This document shows, one piece after another, positions 1-8,761 of a DNA stretch of 33,798 nt. Position numbers and translations under genes: made by a program. Position 1 is the first letter of the stretch; every line of letters begins with the position of its first letter. Source of the stretch: Pseudomonadota bacterium (GTDB lineage Bacteria > Bdellovibrionota_B > Oligoflexia > Oligoflexales > CAIYRB01); contig JANOTL010000196.1 in assembly GCA_031416315.1 (NCBI GenBank), positions 1 to 33,798 of the forward strand, given 5' to 3'. A model generated the notes under the pieces. It worked only from the letters and a program-made list of their open reading frames with translations. It ran no database searches and was not told the origin of the DNA.

Positions 1-138
1 TAGCAACAGCTACGCCCGAGTCCTGAAAATGGCCAACGACATCCGGCCGTCGGTGCCGGACATCCCGATCATCCGGCCGTTCCACCATTCAATTCCCGGT
101 CTTGCAGACCGCTTGGCAACAGCGAAGGCAGCCAGTTC

Positions 139-456
139 TCACCGCGTCCGCCTAGCCCTCCCCAAGAAGATCAAGGCCGGCACCAAAGCCACCGCGAGCA
201 GGATACCCCCGACCGCGAGCGCCGCCGCGCCGGGGGCGAGCGTGTCGGCCAAGCCGCGCCAGATGCCGTAGCTCACGGCGCCGACGCCGACGATGAAAAC
301 GGCCAAGAGGAGATTCTGCGCGGTCAAACCGAGGACGAGCCCGGTCTTCGCCTTCGCGCCGAGCTCTTCGGCCCCGGCCTTTGCCTTCGCTTGGAACTCC
401 TCGGCGCCCGCCTTCGCCTTCGCGCCGAGCTCCTCAGCGCTCGCCTTCGCTCCCAT
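139..456 (-). CDS. Small membrane protein (YqjE/phage-holin-like partner of DUF883) with N-terminal 11-aa tandem repeats
   Basis: ATG at 456 within ORF 139..552. Two hydrophobic helices (LLLAVFIVGVGAVSYGIW; AAALAVGGILLAVALVPALIFL) and a basic tail. Lies directly downstream of the DUF883 gene, as in the yqjD-yqjE arrangement. Confidence 0.55.
   Translation of the reverse strand: MGAKASAEELGAKAKAGAEEFQAKAKAGAEELGAKAKTGLVLGLTAQNLLLAVFIVGVGAVSYGIWRGLADTLAPGAAALAVGGILLAVALVPALIFLGRARRTR
344..453. repeat. 33-bp in-frame tandem repeat (~3 units; AKAKAGAEELG-like)
   Basis: gccttcgcgccgagctc...gcc units recur with a 33-nt period; the protein reads GAKASAEELGAKAKAGAEEFQAKAKAGAEELGAKAK. Confidence 0.8.
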
Positions 457-494
457 CGCGACGCCGTAAAGCCGCGAAAGCGTCGCGGCCGCGG

Positions 495-812
495 TTACGG
501 CCGCCGGGCCTTTCCCAAGAGAAGCCCCAAGCCGAGCGCGCCGGCGATCCAAAGATAGGGGTTGGCGCGCACGCTCTTGTCCAAAGCCGCGATCGTCTCT
601 TTCGAGTCGCCCGCGAGCGCGCCGACGCGCTGCTGGATGTTGCCGAGCTGCTTATGCAGCTCGCTCAAGGTCTCCTCCTTGATCTCACCCGCATGCGTCT
701 TGCCGATCTCCTTCAGCTTGCGCGAGAGCTCAGTCAGCTCCGCCATCACCGCGGACGCATCGCTCTTCATCGCCTGCAACCGTTCGTTCACGACGCTTCC
801 CGACTCGCTCAT
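495..812 (-). CDS. DUF883 (ElaB/YqjD-like) tail-anchored membrane protein
   Basis: GGAGG RBS 8 nt before ATG 812. Coiled-coil N-terminus, then C-terminal VRANPYLWIAGALGLGLLLGKARR typical of the ElaB/YqjD family. Confidence 0.8.
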   Translation of the reverse strand: MSESGSVVNERLQAMKSDASAVMAELTELSRKLKEIGKTHAGEIKEETLSELHKQLGNIQQRVGALAGDSKETIAALDKSVRANPYLWIAGALGLGLLLGKARRP

Positions 813-860
813 GACTCGTTCCTCCATGCTACGATCCATAGCACAGACCGGGGAGCGGCG

Positions 861-1247
861 TTGCTGCGGATTTTTTTCCAATTGTGGTGGCTCGCGTGCT
901 TCGCGGCCACGCACTACAAATCGCACGACGAACCGAAGGCGGAGCTGCCGCTCGCGGACAAGGCCGTGCACTTCTTCCTCTTCCTCGTCCTGAGCTGGAG
1001 CTTCGCGCGCTTGAAACGCGACCGTAGCGGCCGCGAGCTCACGGTCGCCTTCGCCGTCTTCCTCTGCTACGCCGCGGCCGACGAAATCACGCAGTACTGG
1101 GTCGGACGCGGGACCGAGGCTCTCGACTTCGCCGCCGACGCCCTCGGGGTGGCCCTTGGGCTATGGTTCGGCTCGCGGGCGCCCGTGACCCGCGAGTCCG
1201 ACAGGGAAAATCCTGATCGCCGTGAGAAGACTAAAGAAGACGGGTGA
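861..1247 (+). CDS. VanZ-like family membrane protein
   Basis: GGGAG RBS before TTG 861. Motifs DKAVHFFLFLVL and ADEITQYWVGRGTEALDFAADALG match the VanZ-like pattern (DK..H; DE..Q...GR....D..AD..G). Confidence 0.8.
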   Translation: MLRIFFQLWWLACFAATHYKSHDEPKAELPLADKAVHFFLFLVLSWSFARLKRDRSGRELTVAFAVFLCYAAADEITQYWVGRGTEALDFAADALGVALGLWFGSRAPVTRESDRENPDRREKTKEDG

Positions 1248-1265
1248 TTAGGACGAAGAGTGGGG

Positions 1266-4200
1266 ATGAGAAACGCACCCCTTTTCCTTGGCCTTCTCGT
1301 TGCTTTGAGCCTCGGCCTTGCGTCGTGCGCGAAGAAGCCTGCGACGCCCCTGAGCTCCGGCGCCAAGAAGGCGGCGAAGCCCGCGAGCGAGCCGACGGAC
1401 GATGAAGATGACGATGAAGACGACGACGGCTCAGGCTCGGCGAGCGGTTCGGCCAGCGGCTCGGGAACTGGCTCCGGCAGCGCTTCGCAAGGCAGCGAGA
1501 TCGTCGCGCCGAAGGCGCCCGGAGAGTTCGAGATCGAGCCGCCCGCCGTGGTGCAGGGTTTTTTGCCGCAGCCGGTGAGCTGGACTGCCGCCGCCGAGGC
1601 GCCGACCTACGACGTCGCGATCTCTGACGCGGCGGACTGCGCGGCCCCCGTCACCTACGCGGCGGATCTGACCGTCCTCGTGGCGGAGCTGCCGCCGCAG
1701 GAAGCGGCTTCGAAGTTCCTCTGCGTCAGCGCAAGGAACGCCGCCGGCGTGACCGCGGCGAAGAACAACGGCCTCCCGCTGACCTTCACCGGCAACCTCG
1801 CGCCGACAGCGGGTACACTCGCGATCGTCGACGCGCCGAGCCCTTTTCAAAGCGGTGCGGCTTACAAGGCGCGCGTGACGCTCGCGGACTACGCCGATCC
1901 GGAGAATGATCCGCCGGCCTTGAATCTGGGCGAGAACCCTTGCGTTCTTGCCGCAACCTACAACGCCGACTCGCAGGAGTGGTGGCTCGAAAGCGAGGCC
2001 ATGCCGATCGACGCTTGCCTCCTCGCCATCACGGTCGGCGACGGCAAGGTCGATTGCGACGCGTGCGCGAAGGTCGAAAAGCGACTGGCGTCGGTCGCGA
2101 TGGTGAAGAACGCCAATCCGAAGACGACGCGCGGCGGCATGGCGGCGGCGGGCACGCCGATCGTCGCGCTCGGCGACAAGGTGATCTTCGTTGCCTCAAC
2201 CTTGCAGCACGGTCAGGAGCTGTGGGTCACGGACGGCGTCGGCGACAACACCACGCTCCTCAAAGACGTGTTCGTCGGCACCGGGAGCGGTTTTCACGAT
2301 CATCTGGTCGTGATGGGTACGTTCGCCTACTTCAGCGGCCGTACCGCAGAGCACGGCGTCGAGCTGTGGCGGACGGACGGCACGACCGCCAATACGAAAA
2401 TGGTCAAAGACCTCTCCGTGGGCGTCGCCTCGAGCGGCCCGGCGAACTTGTTCGCGGACGGAACGACGCTCTATTTTACGGCGGCGAGCGCCGACGCCGG
2501 CAACGAGCTCTGGATGACCGACGGCACGTCGGGCGGCACGAAGTTCTTGAAGGACGTGATGGCGGGCACCGGCTCGGGCCTCGGCCTGAGCGACGCCGGC
2601 TTCGCCAAAGTCCTGCCGAACGGGCCGATCGTCTTCCGCGCGACCGACGCCGCGAGCGGCACCGAGCTCTGGAAGACCGACGGCACCACGGCCGGCACGA
2701 CGCTGTTGAAAGACGTGGCCCCCGGCGCCGCAAGCTCCAACCCCAGCGGCATGACGGCGCTAGCCGCCGGCAACATCCTCTTCAGCGCGACCAACGGCAC
2801 GACGGGACAAGAGCTCTACGCCACGAACGGCACGTTAGCCGGCACCGCGATCGTCAAGGATCTCGTCGCGGGCGCGGCGTCCAGCAGTCCCGGAGCCTTC
2901 CTTCTGGTCGAAGGCAAGATGTACTTTCATGCGACGGTCGCGAGCTCGGTGAAAGTCTTCGTCAGCGACGGCACGACCGCCGGCACGCTCGACTCCGGCG
3001 TCGCCTCGGTCGAAGGCACGAAGCTGATGGGACTCGCCTCGAAGGTCTTCTTCTGGTCCGATCAAGGCGGCTCGGGACCCGAGCTCTATACCTGGGCCGG
3101 CGTGGTCGCGAGCCCGCCCGTCCTATTGAAGAACGTGAACCCGGTCGCCGGCGTCGGCGGCCTGGTCACCGGCGGCATCACGGCCAACGCTCCGCATGCC
3201 GTAGCCGGCACCTTGCTCTACTTCGTCGCCGACGACGACGCGCACGGCGCCGAGCTTTGGGAGACCGACGGCACGAGCGCCAACACCACCATGGTCAAAG
3301 ACGTTTTTCCGGGCGACGACGACTCCTTCCCGAGGGCGCTCTACTTCCATACGGCGAAGAATCAGCTTGTCTTCGCCGCCGACGACGGCGAGCACGGCCG
3401 CGAGCTATGGCGGGTGAAGGGCGACGACGTCGAGCTGGTCAAAGACCTCGAGACGGCAGACGCCGATGGCGCCGTCTCCGGGACGAGCGCGCCGCTGAAG
3501 CTCTGCCCGAACGCCTTCGCGGACGATAAGCTCTACTTCCTCGGCAACGACGGCGAGCACGGCAACGAGCTCTTCGTCTCCGACGGGACGACGGCTGGCA
3601 CAAAGATGATTCGCGACGTGCGCGCCGGCAAAGCCGACGGCGTCAGCGCCAGTATCTTCTCGTGCCCCGTGACGGTCGCTGCGGGCAAGACCGTGTTCAT
3701 CGCCAGCGACAGCGCCTTCGCCCCCACCCCCTGGGTCACCAACGACGCCGACGGCGGCACGAGCGAGATTGCGCCGGCCGACTTCGGCGCAGCCGGCGTG
3801 CCCAAGGGACTAACGGCGGTGGGCACGAGCGCGTTCCTATGCTCCAACGGCAAGCTCTGGCGGACTCAGGGCACGACCGCGACGACGACCGACGTCACGC
3901 CGCCCTCGGCGACGGTGGTTTGCACCGACCCCTTGGTCGCGGCCGGTGCCAAAATCTATTTCACCGCGACGTTGACGGCGTCGCCGACGGTCGCGCGCCT
4001 CTTCGTCGCCGACGCCGACGGCTCGAACGTCCTGAACTTGACGCCGGCGGCGGTGGGCACCGCGCCGGCGCAGCTCGTCGCGGTCGGAAGCAAGCTGTAT
4101 TTCGTCGGCACGTCGGCAGCGAGCGGCGCGGAGCTCTTCTTCACCGACGGCACCGTCTCCGGCACGGTGCTGGTCTCCGACATCGTCGCGGGTGTCGGCT

Positions 4201-4733
4201 CGTCCATGCCTTCGCTGCGTCTCGCCGCCGGCGGCAGCCTCTATTTCACCGCGACCGACGCGACCTACGGCACCGAGCTATGGGTCTCGGAGGACGGGAC
4301 GGCGGCCAACACGCGTATGGTGAAAGATCTGACCTCCGGCATCGGCAGCACGATGATCGACGCGATCGGTGAGCTCGACGGCGACCTGATCTTCTGCGCC
4401 TACAGCACCGAAGGCTCGAAGTGCTCTTTGTACAAGACCGACGGCAGGAGCGTCGGCACCGTCATGCTCGGGGATCAAGTGATGGTCTCGACCTCACCAG
4501 CGGCAGGCGCGGTGCTCATGGGCACGGAGCTCTATTTCGTCGCCGAGACCGTCGCCTCGGGCCGCGAGATTTGGAAGACGAACGGCGAGGCGGCGGGCAC
4601 GAAGCTCTTCCTGGATGTGGTGCCGGGCGCGGGCGCCTCGAGCGGAGCGTGGTCCCTCCTCGGGGTGAAGGACGCACTGTTCTTCACGGCGGTGACGGAA
4701 ACGGGTCGGGAGCTTTGGCGTTATCAACCGTGA
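1266..4733 (+). CDS. ELWxxDGT repeat lipoprotein (multi-blade beta-propeller surface protein)
   Basis: Lipobox LGLASC, an acidic and Gly/Ser linker, then roughly 16-18 repeats of ELW(x)TDGT...TxxVKD type. Start is GTG 1260 or ATG 1266. Confidence 0.9.
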   Translation: MRNAPLFLGLLVALSLGLASCAKKPATPLSSGAKKAAKPASEPTDDEDDDEDDDGSGSASGSASGSGTGSGSASQGSEIVAPKAPGEFEIEPPAVVQGFLPQPVSWTAAAEAPTYDVAISDAADCAAPVTYAADLTVLVAELPPQEAASKFLCVSARNAAGVTAAKNNGLPLTFTGNLAPTAGTLAIVDAPSPFQSGAAYKARVTLADYADPENDPPALNLGENPCVLAATYNADSQEWWLESEAMPIDACLLAITVGDGKVDCDACAKVEKRLASVAMVKNANPKTTRGGMAAAGTPIVALGDKVIFVASTLQHGQELWVTDGVGDNTTLLKDVFVGTGSGFHDHLVVMGTFAYFSGRTAEHGVELWRTDGTTANTKMVKDLSVGVASSGPANLFADGTTLYFTAASADAGNELWMTDGTSGGTKFLKDVMAGTGSGLGLSDAGFAKVLPNGPIVFRATDAASGTELWKTDGTTAGTTLLKDVAPGAASSNPSGMTALAAGNILFSATNGTTGQELYATNGTLAGTAIVKDLVAGAASSSPGAFLLVEGKMYFHATVASSVKVFVSDGTTAGTLDSGVASVEGTKLMGLASKVFFWSDQGGSGPELYTWAGVVASPPVLLKNVNPVAGVGGLVTGGITANAPHAVAGTLLYFVADDDAHGAELWETDGTSANTTMVKDVFPGDDDSFPRALYFHTAKNQLVFAADDGEHGRELWRVKGDDVELVKDLETADADGAVSGTSAPLKLCPNAFADDKLYFLGNDGEHGNELFVSDGTTAGTKMIRDVRAGKADGVSASIFSCPVTVAAGKTVFIASDSAFAPTPWVTNDADGGTSEIAPADFGAAGVPKGLTAVGTSAFLCSNGKLWRTQGTTATTTDVTPPSATVVCTDPLVAAGAKIYFTATLTASPTVARLFVADADGSNVLNLTPAAVGTAPAQLVAVGSKLYFVGTSAASGAELFFTDGTVSGTVLVSDIVAGVGSSMPSLRLAAGGSLYFTATDATYGTELWVSEDGTAANTRMVKDLTSGIGSTMIDAIGELDGDLIFCAYSTEGSKCSLYKTDGRSVGTVMLGDQVMVSTSPAAGAVLMGTELYFVAETVASGREIWKTNGEAAGTKLFLDVVPGAGASSGAWSLLGVKDALFFTAVTETGRELWRYQP

Positions 4734-5805
4734 GGGCGGGGCGGGCGGCGAGAACCGCGAGCGTCGCTTCGAGGACCGCCGCCGGCGTGAGCTCGCGCAT
4801 GCATTTGAAGTGACCGAGCGGGCAGACGTTCGGGCCGTGATCCGAGCAAGGGCGGCAGGCGAGGCCCGAGACCTCGGCGACGCGGCTATGCCGAGCCAAC
4901 GGGCCGAAACCCATCTGCGGCGTCGTCGGGCCGAAGAGGGCGACCGTCGGCGTGTCGAGCGCCGATGCGAACTGGAGCGGTGAGCTGTCGTTGCCGATGT
5001 GCACGGCAAGCGTGGGAAAGACGGCGTTGAGGACTTTCAGCGGCGCTTTGCCGATGGTGTCGACGACGCGCTCGGGCGGGAGACCCGCCTTCACGACGCT
5101 CACGAGCGCGCCTTCGCTGGCAGCGCCGAGGAGGATGATCAGGTAGCGAGGATCGTGGTCCAAAAGCGCGCGGGCGAGCGCGCGGTAGCTTTCCGCGGGC
5201 CACTCTTTCGTCCTCCACTGGCTGCCGGGGCTGATGCCGATGCGAACGAGGCTCGGATCGTCGAGGCGGAGGAGGCGCGCGAGCTCGGAGTCGGGCGCGA
5301 GCGCCGCCTGCGGCAGAAATGGGCGCGCCGCCATGATCGCTTCGCGGGGCACGCCGAGAGGCTCGAGGAGAAGCGCAAGGCGCAGGGTCTCATGGACCAC
5401 GGCGAGGCGTGGAACGCGCGCGGTCGCGAAGCCGCCCCAGGCGGCCTCGCGGTAATTGATCGTAGGAAGCCGCAGATAGCGACCGAGGAGGCTCGACCTG
5501 TGGCTGCGGTGCGCGCTGACGAGCACCGCGCCGCGCGGATCCGCGAGATTCTTCCCGAGGGTCGTGCGCACGGCGCGAAAGCTCGCCAGGAGGCCGGCTC
5601 TGCCCTTCTCGAAGACGACCGTCGAGGCGAGGTGCGGGTGGCCGGCGAGCGCGACGGCGCCGACTTTGGTCGTGACGAGGTGCTGGCGCGCGCCGGGGAA
5701 ACGCTCAAAGGCGAGCGCGAATGCGGCGGTCGTCAGGACGATGTCGCCGATGAACGCGGTCTGCAGCCAGACGATGTCGGTGATGCGATCAGGGAGCTTC
5801 ATCAT
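4684..5805 (-). CDS. waaF: ADP-heptose:LPS heptosyltransferase (GT9 family)
   Basis: GT9 motifs QTAFIGDIVLT, PGSQWRTKEWP, GNDSSPLQFASALDTPTVALFGPT and CRPC...CPLGHFKCM. ATG at 5805/5802 overlaps the rimI end. Symbol assigned by family resemblance. Confidence 0.85.
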   Translation of the reverse strand: MMKLPDRITDIVWLQTAFIGDIVLTTAAFALAFERFPGARQHLVTTKVGAVALAGHPHLASTVVFEKGRAGLLASFRAVRTTLGKNLADPRGAVLVSAHRSHRSSLLGRYLRLPTINYREAAWGGFATARVPRLAVVHETLRLALLLEPLGVPREAIMAARPFLPQAALAPDSELARLLRLDDPSLVRIGISPGSQWRTKEWPAESYRALARALLDHDPRYLIILLGAASEGALVSVVKAGLPPERVVDTIGKAPLKVLNAVFPTLAVHIGNDSSPLQFASALDTPTVALFGPTTPQMGFGPLARHSRVAEVSGLACRPCSDHGPNVCPLGHFKCMRELTPAAVLEATLAVLAARPALTVDNAKAPDPFPSPP

Positions 5806-6271
5806 GCAGCTCCAGCTTGTACACGAAGGCGTCCTCGCCATCCGCATAGTAGCGCTGGCGGCGGCCGACCCGGGAGAGCCCGAGGTTTTCGTAGAGCGCC
5901 TGCGCGCCGAGATTCGAGGCGCGGACCTCGAGCATCATCGTCTCCATCGCCGGCACGGCGCGGAGGGTCTCGAGGAGAGCCTCGAGGAGAGCCTTGGCGA
6001 CGCCGGCGCGGCGATGCTCGCGCGGGACGAAGACGTAAAGGAGATCGCACGTGAACGCGCTGCAGTCGGCGAAGAGGACGCCCTGCCAAGGAGCGGTGGC
6101 GGTCTCGGCGGCGAAGAAGGCGAGGCTTCCCGGCATGCCGAGCGTGTTGACGATGTCAGATATCGCCCAGAACTTCTCGCTGCCGCGGGCGTCGGGGGCG
6201 CTCCAGATCGCGCAGTAACGACGCAGCTCTAAGACCTCGGCCTCGGTGCGGCGAATGGGGAAGACCGGCAC
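5789..6271 (-). CDS. rimI: Ribosomal-protein-alanine N-acetyltransferase (GNAT)
   Basis: V.REHRRAGVAKALL, LEVRASNLGAQALYENLG and RRQRYYADGEDA are the RimI signature. Probable GTG start at 6271 just after the upstream stop. Confidence 0.85.
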   Translation of the reverse strand: MPVFPIRRTEAEVLELRRYCAIWSAPDARGSEKFWAISDIVNTLGMPGSLAFFAAETATAPWQGVLFADCSAFTCDLLYVFVPREHRRAGVAKALLEALLETLRAVPAMETMMLEVRASNLGAQALYENLGLSRVGRRQRYYADGEDAFVYKLELHDEAP

Positions 6272-6273
6272 GC

Positions 6274-6921
6274 TCAGCTTCCCGTCGGCTGGATCACGAG
6301 CCAACGCTCGGCGTCCTGATACTGGCGGACGACGGCGCGCGAGGCGAGCTCGTCGAGCCACTTCGGCCGCGCGCCGCTTGGACGCGGGGCGACCTCGGCC
6401 TCGGCGTCCTTCGCTTCGGGCGCCTGGCGGTCCTTGCTGCGACGGAAGGCCGCGACGCGCAGGACGAGCTCGATGGTCCGGCGGACCGCCGGGCTCTCGG
6501 GCGTCGGCGCGCCCAAGCGCTTCATCGCCTCGGCCAGAGCTTTCCCGGCCTGCATCTTCTGGCGGACGGCGGCCGTGTACTTGTCGATCAGCTGCTGCTC
6601 GTTTTGGAAAGAGCCCAGGCGCTCGGCCTCCTGCAGCACGATCATATCCTCGGAAAACACGGCGAGCGCCTGCGCCCAATTGCGCTCGTCGACGACGCGC
6701 ACGGAGCCGTCCGCGGTCTTGCGCAAGCTTTCTTTCACGACGATGTAAGACTCCGCCTGACGCTGCGTGTAGCCGACGCCGTTGACCGCGACGACGAGGC
6801 GATCGCCGATCGGCGCGGTTTCTGCAAGCGCAAAAACCGGCGCGGAAAAAATGGCGAGCGTCGCGACGAAGAGGCGGAAGGCCTTGTCCCCCAGGCGTTT
6901 TGGGCTGTGATCTCGCGTCAT
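6274..6921 (-). CDS. Exported SurA N-terminal-like chaperone/hypothetical protein
   Basis: Signal peptide (LFVATLAIFSAPVFALA). DRLVVAVNG..T and IVLQEAERLG resemble the SurA N-domain (D.IVAVVN...I; LLQ.A.R.G). No PPIase domain is seen. Confidence 0.55.
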   Translation of the reverse strand: MTRDHSPKRLGDKAFRLFVATLAIFSAPVFALAETAPIGDRLVVAVNGVGYTQRQAESYIVVKESLRKTADGSVRVVDERNWAQALAVFSEDMIVLQEAERLGSFQNEQQLIDKYTAAVRQKMQAGKALAEAMKRLGAPTPESPAVRRTIELVLRVAAFRRSKDRQAPEAKDAEAEVAPRPSGARPKWLDELASRAVVRQYQDAERWLVIQPTGS

Positions 6922-7009
6922 CTCACGCTCACGGTTGGACTCGCTCCGCAGCCATTGTGCCTGACGTCTGAGCAGGCTACCAGGCGGGAAACCGTGGCAC
7001 GACAAGGCC

Positions 7010-7037
7010 TTGACTTCCCCTGGGATCAGGGTAAACC
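7010..7037 (+). promoter_or_regulatory. Possible sigma70 promoter for the HU gene
   Basis: TTGACT (7010-7015), a 16-nt spacer and an imperfect -10 TAAACC in an AT-rich divergent intergenic region. GGAGG RBS at 7113-7117. Confidence 0.35.
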
Positions 7038-7127
7038 TTTAGAAATCGAATCTTCGATTCCTAGCGATTTTCTGATCTGGTACTTCAATACGTATCTTTC
7101 TGTATTTTTCTTGGAGGAACTCTGGCT

Positions 7128-7400
7128 ATGAATAAAGCGGAACTGGTCGAAGCCATCGCGAAGGTCACGCAGCAGACCAAGGCCGACACGGAGCGCACTC
7201 TCGACGCCTTCATTGATGTCGTGAACAAGAACATCAAGAAAAAAGACGGCGTCAAGCTCGTCGGCTTCGGTACCTTCGCGGTCTCCAACCGTAAAGCACG
7301 CGTCGGTCGCAATCCGCAGACCGGCGAAGAGATCCATATCCCGGCTCGCAAAGTTCCGGTCTTCCGTCCGGGCAAAGAGCTGAAAGACGCGGTTCGCTAA
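7128..7400 (+). CDS. hup: DNA-binding protein HU
   Basis: 90 aa; MNKAELVEAIA...VKLVGFGTF...ARVGRNPQTGEEI.IPARKVPVFRPGKELKDAV is the canonical HU signature. Confidence 0.97.
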   Translation: MNKAELVEAIAKVTQQTKADTERTLDAFIDVVNKNIKKKDGVKLVGFGTFAVSNRKARVGRNPQTGEEIHIPARKVPVFRPGKELKDAVR

Positions 7401-7404
7401 TTCC

Positions 7405-7552
7405 GTCCGCCTTCGCCAAGGCTACGGCGGACAAGCCTGGCCTCGTGTGAAACCACAACCCCTCCGAGGCATGCGCCGCGGAGGGGTTGATGTATTTGGC
7501 GGCTTGGGCGCCGTAGCTACACTGGTTCCGCCATAGCCATGCGACGGCGGAC
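7405..7552. repeat. Inverted pair of REP-like short palindromes
   Basis: GTCCGCCTTCGCCAAGGCTACGGCGGAC (7405-7432) and a degenerate reverse-complement copy TCCGCCATAGCCATGCGACGGCGGAC (7527-7552), plus a partial CGCCGTAGC at 7509-7517. Confidence 0.6.
7456..7489. terminator. Hairpin between convergent genes (probable bidirectional terminator)
   Basis: CAACCCCTCCG / CGGAGGGGTTG 11-bp stem with an inner GGC/GCC stem, between hup and the 7559-7771 gene. Confidence 0.6.
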
Positions 7553-7558
7553 CACGGA

Positions 7559-7771
7559 CTACCCTTCCTCGTCGTCACCTTCGAGGAAGTCGACGAGCCG
7601 CAGCTTCGTCAGCTCCGGCACCGTGAAGAGCTTCATCTCCCAGTCGCGCTCGTCGGCGTCCTCGCGCGCGGCGAGGTAGCCGCCCGCCTCACCGGGCGCG
7701 GCCGCCGGGTGATAATTCAGGATGATCCACATTTCACGTTTCTCGCGGTCGAAGGCGCGGAAGGGAACCAT
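7559..7771 (-). CDS. Small acidic hypothetical protein (70 aa)
   Basis: ATG start, genome-typical G/C-ending codons and a protein-like sequence; fills the gap convergent with hup. Confidence 0.6.
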   Translation of the reverse strand: MVPFRAFDREKREMWIILNYHPAAAPGEAGGYLAAREDADERDWEMKLFTVPELTKLRLVDFLEGDDEEG

Positions 7772-7912
7772 GGTGTGCGCGGTGCCTCAGCTGGGGTTGG
7801 TCGGCGTGCTTGGAGCAAGGGCGCTCTCGGCAACCCAATTTATAGAGACTTTTGCGCCTTCCCGAAACGAGGATCTGCGCCGATACTTGAGGAAACCCTC
7901 GAAGGAGACCTT

Positions 7913-8761
7913 ATGCCTGCCTGCCGCCAGGTCCTCCTGTCCCTTCTGGCCGTCTCGACTTTGAGCGCCTGCCGCACGACGACCGAGGCCGCGGGCGTCA
8001 AGGATGCCGAAGCGCCCGCGGCCCTGGACCCGGAGGAGACGCCGCTGCCGCCTTACGAGCCGCGGACCCTGAGCGTGCCGGTGACGGATCTCAAGGTCTT
8101 CGACATGCCCGTGACGAAGATCGAGCCGAAGGCCGACGGGATGGCGCTCGCCGGGAGCACGGCGCGCTACTTCTTCACCATTTACGGGTGGCAGGGGACG
8201 GGGCCCTTCAACCTGCCGCGGTATAGCCACACGTGGGGCGTGTTCATCCGGGTCGATGGCAATGACCTGAGCACGTCGCCTTTAAGCGCGTTCACGATCA
8301 GCTGGGACGCGGCGGACGGCACGATCGGACTCTTCATGCCGGTCGAAGACGGGCACAACTACACGCTGCAGGAGACCTTCGACCTCGCGGCGCTTTTCAA
8401 CGTCCCGATCGCGATCCGCCGAAGCCCGATCTTCGAGATCAAAAAGCCCTTGTTCGACTCGATCTACAACCGTTACGTCCGCCTGACGAACGGGGAAGCG
8501 AACGGCACGATTCGCTACAAGATGATCGACGACGTTGGCGGCCGCAAGCTCATCCTGGCGAACCAAAACAACGGCTACACGAACTGCACCCACGCCATCA
8601 CGGACACGCTGCAGGGACCGAACGGCGCGATCCTGCAAACGGGCGCGGCCCGAGGGTTCGCGGCGAGCGACAAGGTCACGCAGTGGTTCTTGAATGCGGG
8701 GCAATCGATCCATCCGCCGGAGAACGTGAATTCGGTGTTGGGGAGTCGGTTGGGGATTTGA
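7913..8761 (+). CDS. Lipoprotein, possible permuted papain-like/NlpC-P60-type thiol enzyme
   Basis: AAGGAG RBS before ATG 7913; lipobox TLSAC; His in RYSHTW upstream of Asn-Cys in TNCTHAI. Confidence 0.65.
   Translation: MPACRQVLLSLLAVSTLSACRTTTEAAGVKDAEAPAALDPEETPLPPYEPRTLSVPVTDLKVFDMPVTKIEPKADGMALAGSTARYFFTIYGWQGTGPFNLPRYSHTWGVFIRVDGNDLSTSPLSAFTISWDAADGTIGLFMPVEDGHNYTLQETFDLAALFNVPIAIRRSPIFEIKKPLFDSIYNRYVRLTNGEANGTIRYKMIDDVGGRKLILANQNNGYTNCTHAITDTLQGPNGAILQTGAARGFAASDKVTQWFLNAGQSIHPPENVNSVLGSRLGI

Noticed and set aside
2..271. Open + frame from the window start (ORF 29..271)
   Set aside because: No recognisable motif and it overlaps the convergent gene by >130 bp; it cannot be judged without upstream sequence.
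1940..4372. Arg-rich alternative-frame ORFs inside the ELWxxDGT gene (also 16662..18014, 17273..18154, 22825..23832, 32748..33449 elsewhere)
   Set aside because: Frame-shifted or antisense overlays of well-supported genes, with non-protein-like composition.
7401..7558. Possible tRNA after hup
   Set aside because: No cloverleaf or T-loop GTTCRA; explained by REP-like palindromes and a terminator.
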